In this document: in pieces, positions 6,804 through 15,418 of the stretch
Position numbering within the stretch: position 1 is the first letter of the stretch
Layout of the letters: each line of letters begins with the position of its first letter
Assembly: GCA_016934635.1 (NCBI GenBank)
Contig: JAFGSK010000029.1
Coordinates: 895 to 64,894, forward strand
Reading direction: 5' to 3'
From: a candidate division WOR-3 bacterium
GTDB lineage: Bacteria; Hydrothermota; Tepidihabitantia; B3-TA06
DNA: 64,000 nucleotides
Position numbers and translations under genes: made by a program
Notes under the pieces: generated by a model
Told to the model about the DNA's origin: nothing
Database searches by the model: none
The model's input: only the letters and a program-made list of their open reading frames with translations

Positions 6804-9602
6804 ATGAGAAGATTCGCGCCTTTTTTCCTCCTGCCTTTTGTGATTTCCGCTTTGACACGCTGGAAGGTTCTCGAGAGCGAGCACTTCAGGTTAGCCTATC
6901 CCTACGGTTACGACGAGAAAGCCCAACGTGCTGTGGCCTGGATGGAGACCGAACGCGAGAGGATAAATGAGTTCACGGGCTGGGAACCCAGGAAGGTATG
7001 GGTCGTATTAGAAGACATTGGGATGGGGGTGAACGGATTTGCCAATCCTGTTGGAAACGAGGTGCACCTTTTCACAACCTCTCCTCTAAGTGATGATCTC
7101 GGGACTCGGGACTGGATAAGACACGTAGGAATACACGAGTACGTCCACATAGCCTCGCTGGAGCCGGTCTACGGCTTACCCCGCTTCTTCAAATTTCTCC
7201 TAGGTCCCTGGGTCCTGCCCAATGCCGCTGTTCCAGGCTGGATGATCGAGGGTGTTACCGTATACCAGGAATCCCGGCTTGAACCCTACGAGGGCAGGCT
7301 CCAGTCAGGTTTCTTCGACGCGAATCTCTTGACGCGAACTGCCCAGGGTGCATTCCCGAAACGGTGGGAAATGGACGGCTCTATTACCCAGTTTCCCGGA
7401 GGCGGATCGATCTACGCCTACGGAGGTCCGTTCTTCGAATGGCTGGTGGAAGAAAAAGGTGCGGATAAGGTGGCGGATTTTTACAGAAGGAACGGGGACA
7501 ATATCCCTGCATTCTTCATAGATGGTGCTGCAAATAAGGCCTTTGGTGACCGGTTCCCGGACCTCTTGGCCCAGTGGAGGGCCGATTGCGTCGAGTGCGC
7601 TGCTTCGTGGGTACCTGCCGATTCTGCCGCACGGCGCTTGACCCACAAGGGGTGGTATGCCAACTCATTGACAACGGACGGCAGCCGCATCTACTACGTC
7701 CGGACAACGCGAAAGAAACGCGCCGCTCTGTACTCGTCATGGAACGTAGAGATCGTAGCAATCGATCCTGCAACCGGAGAACAAGGTGTCGTAACAAGAC
7801 CCAACGCTTCGGTACAGAGTATTCGCGTGCATGATGGGGTACTTTACTACACGGCTTTGGCACTAAGGAGGGGATTTTCAAACACCTGGGAGCAGGGCTT
7901 CGGTGAACTCTACGAACTGCACTCATACGATTTGGTAACCGACAGACAGGAAAAGATCTATTCAGGAAGGATTCGCGCCTTCGATCGGATGCCTGACGGT
8001 TCTTTTTTGATCTCGGTTGACCGCTGGCCTGAGTATGGGAGTAGGCTTATCAAACTCGATCCCTCCCTTGAGTGTGACTTGTCGAATCCATTCGAGGTTT
8101 ACTCGGGTGATTTACTGATAGGTGAAATCGCTATCTCGGACAAAGGTAAGACCTACTATTCAGCCCGTAAGCGGGGGGAGTCATGGGAGATATACGAGTT
8201 CAAGGACGGTCAGCCGCGTAAGGTTACCAACACCGGCTGGGCAGAGGCTGGCCTTTCCTTCGACTCCGACGGAAATCTTGTCTATTATGCAAACCCTTAC
8301 GGACCCAAGGGTTATGTAGGTGCTTACCTTTTCACCCCCGAAACCGGGACACACGAGGTCTTCCAGACCCCGAGCTATGTCACCTATCCGGTGAGGGTTG
8401 GAGACGAACTCTGTTTCCTGGGTCTGCGGCCAGAAGGATACGATGTCTATACCACACCGGTGAAAACCTTGCCTGCACTGTTCCCGAAGGAACACGATAT
8501 CAGAAAAAGTCTACCGGATTATAATCGGGGATTCGTGTCCCAATCAAGGTTCAGACCCTACTCATCGCTCCTTCGACCTTGGGCAAGGATACCTTACATC
8601 TTACCGCAGTTCGACACTTCCGGCGAAGGAGCGAGCCATATGTTCTTGGGGGGTTTTCTCATGGGAGCCGACATCCTTGGAGAAAACAGCTATAATGTCA
8701 ATGTTACGCACGAGGCTTTATCAGAAACCAACTACTTCTCCTTGAACTGGAACAACCAGCGCTTCGCACCCCTTGCCTTGAACCTTCAATATAGGATCGA
8801 TCCGATTTCAGAGGATCCGGATGGAATATCTTACGCTCACACCTTAGTCCCATCCTATACCTACCCTATCGTTTACCGACCCGGGCGAGGGTTAAACATC
8901 ATCCGTATCGGTCAAGGTTTGAGGATGACCACAGTCGACAGCCTCAAGCACCGCTTGATCCAGACCAATCTGGGTATTTCGTTTTCCTGGCCCTACTTCG
9001 TTCTGAGTATGGCAGCAGTCCATGATTGGGAATCGCCCTGGTTCTCAGAATCTGAGCGCTCAACCCTTGCAGCGCGTTTGGCCGGGGCCTTGTACCTTGC
9101 AGGCGGAGTCCTGGTAGCGGATTTTGCCCCGAGGTTAGACCTTACCGCACGGCCTGAACCTGTAGCCTACCGGTTCGATGAACCGATTCGCGGCTACGAG
9201 GACCTGCGTACTGACAAGCGTTTCTTTGCCGCCGCAACCCTTGAGTACAGACACCGATTGCTTAGGATGCGATTCGGTATCTGGAATCCCAACGTCTTTT
9301 TCGAGGATCTTTACGTCAATGTGTTTGCCGATGCAGGATTCGATTCCAGGCAACTCCTCGGGTTTTCTACCGGCTTTGAGCTTGTTCCTGAGATTCACTT
9401 TTTCTGGGGATACATCCGGGTAGCCCCGGTTATGGGTTTCCACATCACCGCTGAAGGCAAAACGGGTTACCACTGGGGAATATCTGCTTCCCTGCCGCTT
9501 GAAATTTCGAGAAGCAGAAAAGATCCGATCGAGTTTATCAGCGACCCCTGGATGGAAGCAAGTGAAAGTAAAACAACCCCTTTAAAAAGTCACCTCAATT
9601 AA
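6804..9602 (+). CDS. Outer-membrane-anchored putative zinc metalloprotease with TolB-like propeller and Omp85-like C-terminal barrel
   Basis: Has a signal peptide. HEXXH motif VGIHEYVHI is followed by WMIEGVTVYQE, a gluzincin-like third ligand. The central region resembles WD40/TolB repeats. The C-terminal 300 aa look like a beta-barrel (ATLEYRHRLL, VFADAGFD). Confidence 0.6.
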   Translation: MRRFAPFFLLPFVISALTRWKVLESEHFRLAYPYGYDEKAQRAVAWMETERERINEFTGWEPRKVWVVLEDIGMGVNGFANPVGNEVHLFTTSPLSDDLGTRDWIRHVGIHEYVHIASLEPVYGLPRFFKFLLGPWVLPNAAVPGWMIEGVTVYQESRLEPYEGRLQSGFFDANLLTRTAQGAFPKRWEMDGSITQFPGGGSIYAYGGPFFEWLVEEKGADKVADFYRRNGDNIPAFFIDGAANKAFGDRFPDLLAQWRADCVECAASWVPADSAARRLTHKGWYANSLTTDGSRIYYVRTTRKKRAALYSSWNVEIVAIDPATGEQGVVTRPNASVQSIRVHDGVLYYTALALRRGFSNTWEQGFGELYELHSYDLVTDRQEKIYSGRIRAFDRMPDGSFLISVDRWPEYGSRLIKLDPSLECDLSNPFEVYSGDLLIGEIAISDKGKTYYSARKRGESWEIYEFKDGQPRKVTNTGWAEAGLSFDSDGNLVYYANPYGPKGYVGAYLFTPETGTHEVFQTPSYVTYPVRVGDELCFLGLRPEGYDVYTTPVKTLPALFPKEHDIRKSLPDYNRGFVSQSRFRPYSSLLRPWARIPYILPQFDTSGEGASHMFLGGFLMGADILGENSYNVNVTHEALSETNYFSLNWNNQRFAPLALNLQYRIDPISEDPDGISYAHTLVPSYTYPIVYRPGRGLNIIRIGQGLRMTTVDSLKHRLIQTNLGISFSWPYFVLSMAAVHDWESPWFSESERSTLAARLAGALYLAGGVLVADFAPRLDLTARPEPVAYRFDEPIRGYEDLRTDKRFFAAATLEYRHRLLRMRFGIWNPNVFFEDLYVNVFADAGFDSRQLLGFSTGFELVPEIHFFWGYIRVAPVMGFHITAEGKTGYHWGISASLPLEISRSRKDPIEFISDPWMEASESKTTPLKSHLN

Positions 9603-9616
9603 AGTAATCGCTGCAC

Positions 9617-9644
9617 TTGACAAATGCGTTTCCAGCGGTACTAT
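9617..9644 (+). promoter_or_regulatory. cspA promoter with ~70-nt 5' UTR
   Basis: TTGACA-N16-TACTAT. Long leaders are typical of cold-shock genes. Confidence 0.6.
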
Positions 9645-9723
9645 CTGGATGCAGCCCGGTGCAGGCTAAGTTTTAGCGTCGGGCAAGTATGTTTTAGGTT
9701 TTATCTTTTAAGGAGGAAAACAC

Positions 9724-9927
9724 ATGCCCACTGGTAAAGTCAAGTGGTTTGACAACAAAAAAGGCTACGGCTTCATCGAGATAGACGACGGTTCAGGTGA
9801 CATCTTCGTCCACTATGCCGACATCATGGAAGAGGGTTTTAAGTCCCTTGCCGAGGGCGATACGGTTAAATTCGAGATTTCGGATACCGAAAAAAGCCGC
9901 AAGGCAGTCAAAGTCGAGAAGATTTAG
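9724..9927 (+). CDS. cspA: Cold-shock protein (CspA family)
   Basis: [18 protein letters not shown] and DIFVHY RNP motifs. 67 aa. AGGAGG SD. Confidence 0.95.
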   Translation: MPTGKVKWFDNKKGYGFIEIDDGSGDIFVHYADIMEEGFKSLAEGDTVKFEISDTEKSRKAVKVEKI

Positions 9928-9961
9928 TCTCAGGCGCCCCGATCCAGGGGAATTTCACCAG

Positions 9962-10432
9962 GTTTACCTTTCCCTGGGATCGAACTGGGGTAATCGGGAA
10001 AAGTGGTTGAGGAAGGCATTAGAGTTTCTTGAAGAGCAGGGGGTTTGTATTGTCGATAGATCGGCGATATACCACACCTCCCCCAAAGGCTTTCGGTTCC
10101 AGCCGTCGTTTCTCAACCAGGTTGTAACAGGAGAAACTGCCCTCCCTCCTTTAGAGATTATGCAGATTATCAAAAAGATAGAAAGCCGCGTGGGCAGAAT
10201 CCGCCTGTTCCCGAACTCCCCAAGGAAGATTGACATTGACGTTCTTTTCTATAATAATACGGTCATGGAAACGCCTTTGCTTACCCTGCCACATCCAAGG
10301 ATAGCCGAACGCGCTTTTGTACTCCTGCCTCTTTGCGAATTAGCCCCTGGTCTTCGGCATCCGGTCTCCGGACTTTCTCCTGTTCAAATGATAGAACGTA
10401 TTGATAAAAAAGGAATTGCACGTTGGCGCTGA
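9962..10432 (+). CDS. folK: 2-amino-4-hydroxy-6-hydroxymethyldihydropteridine pyrophosphokinase (HPPK)
   Basis: VYLSLGSNWGNRE, IDIDVLFY and LPHPRIAERAFVLLPL motifs. The true start is unresolved: the only in-frame ATG/GTG codons (9815, 9797) lie inside cspA. See the finding on this start. Confidence 0.75.
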   Translation, partial: VYLSLGSNWGNREKWLRKALEFLEEQGVCIVDRSAIYHTSPKGFRFQPSFLNQVVTGETALPPLEIMQIIKKIESRVGRIRLFPNSPRKIDIDVLFYNNTVMETPLLTLPHPRIAERAFVLLPLCELAPGLRHPVSGLSPVQMIERIDKKGIARWR

Positions 10433-11052
10433 AGCATAATCTGGTTTGTGTGGACGGCGTGATCGGCGTAGGTAAGACCATCCTGGCACTAAAGCTGGCC
10501 GCCGAGTGGGGTACGATTACCCTTCTGGAGGAGGCGCTCGAGAATCCATACCTCGATCGTTTCTACGATGACCCGGAAACCTTCGCCTTTCCTGCCCAGC
10601 TTCATTTTTTGATGGCCCGATTCAAGGAGCTTTCCAGACTAAAACAGACCAGCCTGTTCGAGCGAACCGTAGTTGCAGACTACACCATCTACAAGGATTG
10701 GGTGTTTGCCTCCATCAACCTACCGGATAACGATTTTAAGATATATGAGAAGATGTATGCCGACATGGTGGGAAAGGTTCCTGAACCTGATCTGGTAATC
10801 CTATTGCAGGCCAAGGTGGATACCCTGATGCGTCGCATTGCAAAACGAGGCCGGGATCTTGAGAAAGGCATAGCCCGCGAGTACATCGAAAGCCTGGTTG
10901 AGGCCTACAACAGCTTCTTCTTCACCTATTACAACGGCCCTCTGCTAGTTGTAAATACAGACAACCTCAATCCTTCCGATAACCCTGACCACTTACAGAG
11001 GCTGCTTTCAGAGATCGACGCCACCGGCCAGGCAAGACGCTTCCTTGGATAG
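10423..11052 (+). CDS. Deoxynucleoside kinase family protein
   Basis: P-loop VDGVIGVGKT. The ERTVVADY segment and the LID-like RRIAKRGRDLE are typical of the dNK family. TTG start overlaps the folK stop. Confidence 0.75.
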   Translation: MALKHNLVCVDGVIGVGKTILALKLAAEWGTITLLEEALENPYLDRFYDDPETFAFPAQLHFLMARFKELSRLKQTSLFERTVVADYTIYKDWVFASINLPDNDFKIYEKMYADMVGKVPEPDLVILLQAKVDTLMRRIAKRGRDLEKGIAREYIESLVEAYNSFFFTYYNGPLLVVNTDNLNPSDNPDHLQRLLSEIDATGQARRFLG

Positions 11053-11172
11053 GCACGATGAATAGTTCGCACCGTCCCGTACTCGAGAACTGCACACCAA
11101 AGCGCGGAACGGGTTTTGGATTCCGTGGCGCTCCGGTCTTGAGGTTTTCCAAGTATTAAGAGGATTTGAAGG

Positions 11173-11991
11173 ATGAGTCGCAACTACCCTGATGCTAAAG
11201 AGGCTTATACCGTGCCTCGCATAAGGAAGATGAAGGGTAAAGGGAGCCTTGCTGCGATTACCTGCTACGACGCCTCATTTGCACGGATCATCGAGGAAAC
11301 ATCTATCCAACTGGTCCTGGTGGGTGACTCTGCGGCAAACGTCATCTACGGACTTGACAGCACCCTGCCTATCGGTATCGACGAGATGGCGATGCATACC
11401 CGTGCGGTGGCTGCAGGACTTTCAAAGGCGCTGCTTGTTGCCGACATGCCTTTTTTATCCTATCAGCCCTCAGCCGAGGTTGCCATCACCAACGCAGGAA
11501 AGCTCCTTCAGGCAGGTGCAAAGGCGGTCAAGGTTGAAGGCGGGGGCTCCCACATCCGCGCAATCATCGGTAAGTTGGTCGAGGTGGGAATCCCGGTGAT
11601 GGGCCATCTTGGGTTGACCCCTCAGTCGGTGCACCGGTTCGGCGGCTACAAGCTCCAGGGCCGCTCCGAGCAGGACGCCGAGCATATCTTTGAAGAGGCA
11701 AAACTCCTCGAGGAAGCGGGCTGTTTCTCAATAGTGCTTGAGAAGGTTCCTGCAGAACTGGCTAAAGGCATCACCGAAACCCTCTCTGTACCTACCATCG
11801 GCATCGGTGCAGGCCCTCACTGCGACGGGCAGATTCTCGTTCTTTACGATTTACTGGGTCTTGATTCCGAGTTCCGGCCCCGATTCGTACGCCGCTACGC
11901 GGAGTTAGCTGAGGAGATCAAGGAAGCCCTGAACCGCTACACCGAAGACGTGAAGGAGGGACGCTTCCCGTCAGAAGAAGAGAGCTTCTGA
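11173..11991 (+). CDS. panB: 3-methyl-2-oxobutanoate hydroxymethyltransferase
   Basis: ITCYDASFARI, VLVGDS and GHLGLTPQSVHRFGGYKLQGR motifs. 272 aa. Confidence 0.9.
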   Translation: MSRNYPDAKEAYTVPRIRKMKGKGSLAAITCYDASFARIIEETSIQLVLVGDSAANVIYGLDSTLPIGIDEMAMHTRAVAAGLSKALLVADMPFLSYQPSAEVAITNAGKLLQAGAKAVKVEGGGSHIRAIIGKLVEVGIPVMGHLGLTPQSVHRFGGYKLQGRSEQDAEHIFEEAKLLEEAGCFSIVLEKVPAELAKGITETLSVPTIGIGAGPHCDGQILVLYDLLGLDSEFRPRFVRRYAELAEEIKEALNRYTEDVKEGRFPSEEESF

Positions 11992-12080
11992 GCGTCCCTG
12001 ATGACTGAAGGATAACAGCATACCGTAAAATTGGTTACCTGAACCCCCGCTCCTCGGGGATCACAGAAAGCAACTATCTA

Positions 12081-13337
12081 TTATTTGGCCTTGCGCCTTG
12101 CGGCTGGCTTGCAGAACCGTGGCGGCTTACCGCAGGTAATCGTTTCTTCGTCGATCGTGCAGGAGATGTAACCTGCCTTCTTGCGTTCCGGAAGCTCGAA
12201 CATTATGTCGAGCATGGTCTGCTCCATAATAGAGCGCAGTCCTCGTGCGCCCGAGCCTCGCTCGTGAGCCTTGTGGGCCACTGCTTTGAGTGCCTGGTCG
12301 GTGAATGACAGCCTGACCCCCTCCATCTCGAAGTAGTGCTCGTACTGGTTGAAGATAGCGTTGCGGGGTTCGGTAAGTATGCGAATCAATGCATCTTCGT
12401 CAAGATGGGTCAGGGTTACGATAACGGGTATTCGTCCGACCAACTCAGGGATTAGCCCGTAGTGAACCAGGTCGTCGGGCTCGACCTTGGCTAGTATCTC
12501 GTCGTCCGAGAGTTCCTCGACCCTGTCCTGTTTGGCCCCGAAGCCTATGGCGGTTTTGCGCAGTCTCTGACGTATAACCGGTACCAGACCGTCGAACATA
12601 CCGCCGAAGATAAAGAGGATGCCGCGGGTATCGACCTGGATATACTGCTGCTCCGGATGCTTTCGTCCGCCGCGGGGCGGCACGTTCGCCACCGTACCTT
12701 CCACTATCTTGAGTAGCGCCTGCTGGACGCCTTCGCCTGATACGTCGCGGGTGATAGAAGGGGAGTCCGCACGGCGGCCAAGCTTGTCGAGTTCGTCCAG
12801 ATAAACGATACCTTGCTGGGCGCATTCCAGGTCGTAGTTTGCGGCCTGGATCAGGCGCAGCAGGATATTTTCAACGTCCTCGCCCACGTATCCGGCCTCG
12901 GTCAAAGGCGTGGCGTCGGAAATGGAGAAGGGTACGTTGAGAAACCGCGCCATGGTCTGGGCAAGGAGGGTTTTCCCGACACCCGTGGGTCCGATGAGAA
13001 GGATATTCGATTTCTCTATCTCGACGCCCTTGCGCAAGGTGATGAGCCGCTTGTAGTGGTTGTAGACCGCGACCGATATAACCTTCTTTGCCCGCTCCTG
13101 GCCTATGACGTAGCCCTCAAGGTTTTCCTTGAACTCGACTGGCGTGGGCAGGGTCGAGAGCGCGATGGTTTTCGCGGCCTTCTCTTCATTGGAAATAACC
13201 TCGGCAAATAGCTTGACGCACGCCTCGCAGATGTGCGCCTGCCTGCCCGAGATCATCCGGTTGACGATCTGCTTCGGCCTGCTGCAAAAGGAGCAGACTA
13301 TCTCGGGTTTACTCCGGCTTCTCGTTCTCTCGCTCAT
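12081..13337 (-). CDS. clpX: ATP-dependent Clp protease ATP-binding subunit ClpX
   Basis: N-terminal zinc finger CSFCSRP...CEAC, Walker [14 protein letters not shown] and IVYLDELDK. Confidence 0.95.
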   Translation of the reverse strand: MSERTRSRSKPEIVCSFCSRPKQIVNRMISGRQAHICEACVKLFAEVISNEEKAAKTIALSTLPTPVEFKENLEGYVIGQERAKKVISVAVYNHYKRLITLRKGVEIEKSNILLIGPTGVGKTLLAQTMARFLNVPFSISDATPLTEAGYVGEDVENILLRLIQAANYDLECAQQGIVYLDELDKLGRRADSPSITRDVSGEGVQQALLKIVEGTVANVPPRGGRKHPEQQYIQVDTRGILFIFGGMFDGLVPVIRQRLRKTAIGFGAKQDRVEELSDDEILAKVEPDDLVHYGLIPELVGRIPVIVTLTHLDEDALIRILTEPRNAIFNQYEHYFEMEGVRLSFTDQALKAVAHKAHERGSGARGLRSIMEQTMLDIMFELPERKKAGYISCTIDEETITCGKPPRFCKPAARRKAK

Positions 13338-13917
13338 TTGCAGGCACCAGTATGTCGTCTATTAGACCGTATTCCTTAGCTTCGGCAGGGCTCATGAAAT
13401 TATCTCTGTCAGAATCCTTGGAAATCTTTTCGACCGACTTCCCGGTCGAGTCGGAAAGGATCTCGTTGAGCCGCTCACGCCACTTCAGGAGCTCCCGGGC
13501 GTGTATCTCGACGTCTGATGCAACACCTGAAAGGCCGCCTATGGACGGCTGGTGAAGCATTATGCGGGAGTTGGGTAGTGCGTAGCGTTTGCCCTTCTGG
13601 CCTGCGGCCAGGAGTACCGCAGAGATCGAGGCGGCCATCCCAACACAGATGGTAACCACATTCGACTTTATGTAGCGCATTGTGTCGTAGATGGCAAGTC
13701 CTGAGGTCACTATCCCACCTGGTGAGTTGATGTAAAGGTTTATGTCTTTCTGGGAATTCTCGGCATCCAGGAATAAGAGCTGTGCGATAACAAGGTTCGC
13801 TACAGTATCCTCAACCGGCGAACCTAGAAAGATGATTCGATCTCTGAGGAGTCGTGAGTATATATCGTAGGCTCTTTCCCCTCTACCTGTTTGTTCAATG
13901 ACTATCGGGATATACAA
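13309..13917 (-). CDS. clpP: ATP-dependent Clp protease proteolytic subunit
   Basis: [19 protein letters not shown], the GMAASI active-site Ser context, and IMLHQP. Confidence 0.95.
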   Translation of the reverse strand: MYIPIVIEQTGRGERAYDIYSRLLRDRIIFLGSPVEDTVANLVIAQLLFLDAENSQKDINLYINSPGGIVTSGLAIYDTMRYIKSNVVTICVGMAASISAVLLAAGQKGKRYALPNSRIMLHQPSIGGLSGVASDVEIHARELLKWRERLNEILSDSTGKSVEKISKDSDRDNFMSPAEAKEYGLIDDILVPANERENEKPE

Positions 13918-15127
13918 TCAAACCTCCTTGTGCTGCACATTCGAGTAAAAAATCGATGGTCTTACGTCGCCTGGCCTCTTCTCGAGCACGTTCAGGGCGC
14001 CATAACGACCTAGCCTGTGTCACAGGCGCTCCTATGTCTCCGGCACGTTCTCTAAACCAGGCGTCGAGTTCTTCTTCGGATACGGCTATCTCCTCTTTTT
14101 CTGCAATCGCTTCTAGAATTAAATCGAGCTTCACGTGCTCTTCTGCCTTGGGAGTTAGCCGCTCACGTGTTTCAGGGGTGTCGGGTAACCGAAGCCTGCG
14201 TAGAAGATAAAGGGTACGCTCTTCCACAAGGACCGGAGGAGAATCGAACGGATGCTGCTCCAGAAGTTGGGCAAATATCTGATCCTCTCTCTTGTCTTGC
14301 GTGATTCTTTCCGCCTCTTTTCCCGCATCCTGCGCTAACTTCGAGCGCATCTCATCCAGTGTTTTAAACCCAAGTTCCTTGGCGAATTCGTCGTCGGTTT
14401 CAGGTACCTTTTTTTCCTTTACTTCGTGGACGAAAAACTTGTAAGTTGCCTTCTTCCCGGCCATATTACCGGCGTCTTCTGGATAGGTTATCTCGGCTTG
14501 GGCTATATCGCCTACCCTCTTTCCCGTCAATGCCTGGTTTATCTCAGGGAAGTTCTCAGGGTCCCCGAGTTGAATAAGAACGCCTTTTTGCCTATCTCGC
14601 TTAACCCCATCCCTGTATACTGAGTAATCGCAGCGAAGGTAATCGCCTTCCCTGGACTCTCGTTCCACAGGTTCGACCCTTGCCGAGCGTTGTCGAAGGT
14701 TTTCGAGTCTTTTTTCCACCAATTCTTCACTAGACGGAGGAGGAACCGGTTCCAGCTTGATTTTCCTGTACCCGTGAACGTCTATCTCGGGCAGAACCTC
14801 AACCTCGACCTCGAAGCGAAGTTCATCAGCCTCGATGAAGTTCCAGTAGGAAAGCTTTCCCCTTGTAATCGGACGAATCTTCTCATCATCGAGCGCTTTC
14901 CGGAATGCCCTCGATGCAAACTCCTCAACGAGTTCGGTCCTTATTTCCTCTTCGTAACGGGAAGCGATCATCGTTAACGGTGCTTTACCCTGACGAAAGC
15001 CCTGGACCTTCACCTTCTTTGCAAATCGCCGCAAGAGCTTTTCTCGTTCTTTTTTCACCTCATCTGGCTCGACCTTGCCTTCAATCGCCAGAAGCCAATC
15101 CGATTTGTGTACTACATTGGTTTCCAC
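13895..15127 (-). CDS. tig: Trigger factor
   Basis: GFRQGKAP ribosome-binding-domain motif, and position immediately upstream of clpP-clpX. GTG start. Confidence 0.85.
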   Translation of the reverse strand: METNVVHKSDWLLAIEGKVEPDEVKKEREKLLRRFAKKVKVQGFRQGKAPLTMIASRYEEEIRTELVEEFASRAFRKALDDEKIRPITRGKLSYWNFIEADELRFEVEVEVLPEIDVHGYRKIKLEPVPPPSSEELVEKRLENLRQRSARVEPVERESREGDYLRCDYSVYRDGVKRDRQKGVLIQLGDPENFPEINQALTGKRVGDIAQAEITYPEDAGNMAGKKATYKFFVHEVKEKKVPETDDEFAKELGFKTLDEMRSKLAQDAGKEAERITQDKREDQIFAQLLEQHPFDSPPVLVEERTLYLLRRLRLPDTPETRERLTPKAEEHVKLDLILEAIAEKEEIAVSEEELDAWFRERAGDIGAPVTQARSLWRPERAREEARRRKTIDFLLECAAQGGLIVYPDSH

Positions 15128-15194
15128 GTATCCAAAAACCTCTCAGTTAATTACGCGTTAATTTCCTCGTGAACCTTGGGTTCACAAAACCTAG

Positions 15195-15276
15195 TGCGAG
15201 GAGGGGGAGTTGAACCCCCAAGGGTTTCCCCACTGGATCCTAAATCCAGCGCGTCTGCCTGTTCCGCCATCCTCGC
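15195..15276 (-). tRNA. tRNA-Leu (anticodon TAG), CCA not encoded
   Basis: Reverse complement is GCGAGGATGGCGGAACAGGCAGACGCGCTGGATTTAGGATCCAGTGGGGAAACCCTTGGGGGTTCAACTCCCCCTCCTCGCA. It has a 7-bp acceptor stem, anticodon stem CTGGA/TCCAG with loop TTTAGGA, a long variable arm and a GGTTCAACTCC T-loop. Confidence 0.9.
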
Positions 15277-15319
15277 TGATTCTTAGTGCAAAATACACAG
15301 ACGATGCCTGTGAAAGTTA

Positions 15320-15347
15320 ATTATAGGTGTGGGCATGGAGGTGTCAA
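15320..15347 (-). promoter_or_regulatory. Promoter for tRNA-Leu (and probably tig-clpP-clpX)
   Basis: TTGACA-N16-TATAAT on the minus strand, ~36 nt upstream of the tRNA 5' end. Confidence 0.65.
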
Positions 15348-15418
15348 CCAACGGTTGAGGATTTAGGTGGATTCGTTATTACTCTTTTTTAGCCGTGATC
15401 TTACATCCAAATCTTGGA

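Noticed and set aside
12445-13211. 126-aa and 132-aa ORFs overlapping clpX
   Set aside because: They overlap an unambiguous clpX frame, and their Arg/Pro/Gly-rich composition marks them as frame artefacts. The same reasoning applies to the many other short overlapping ORFs in the track.
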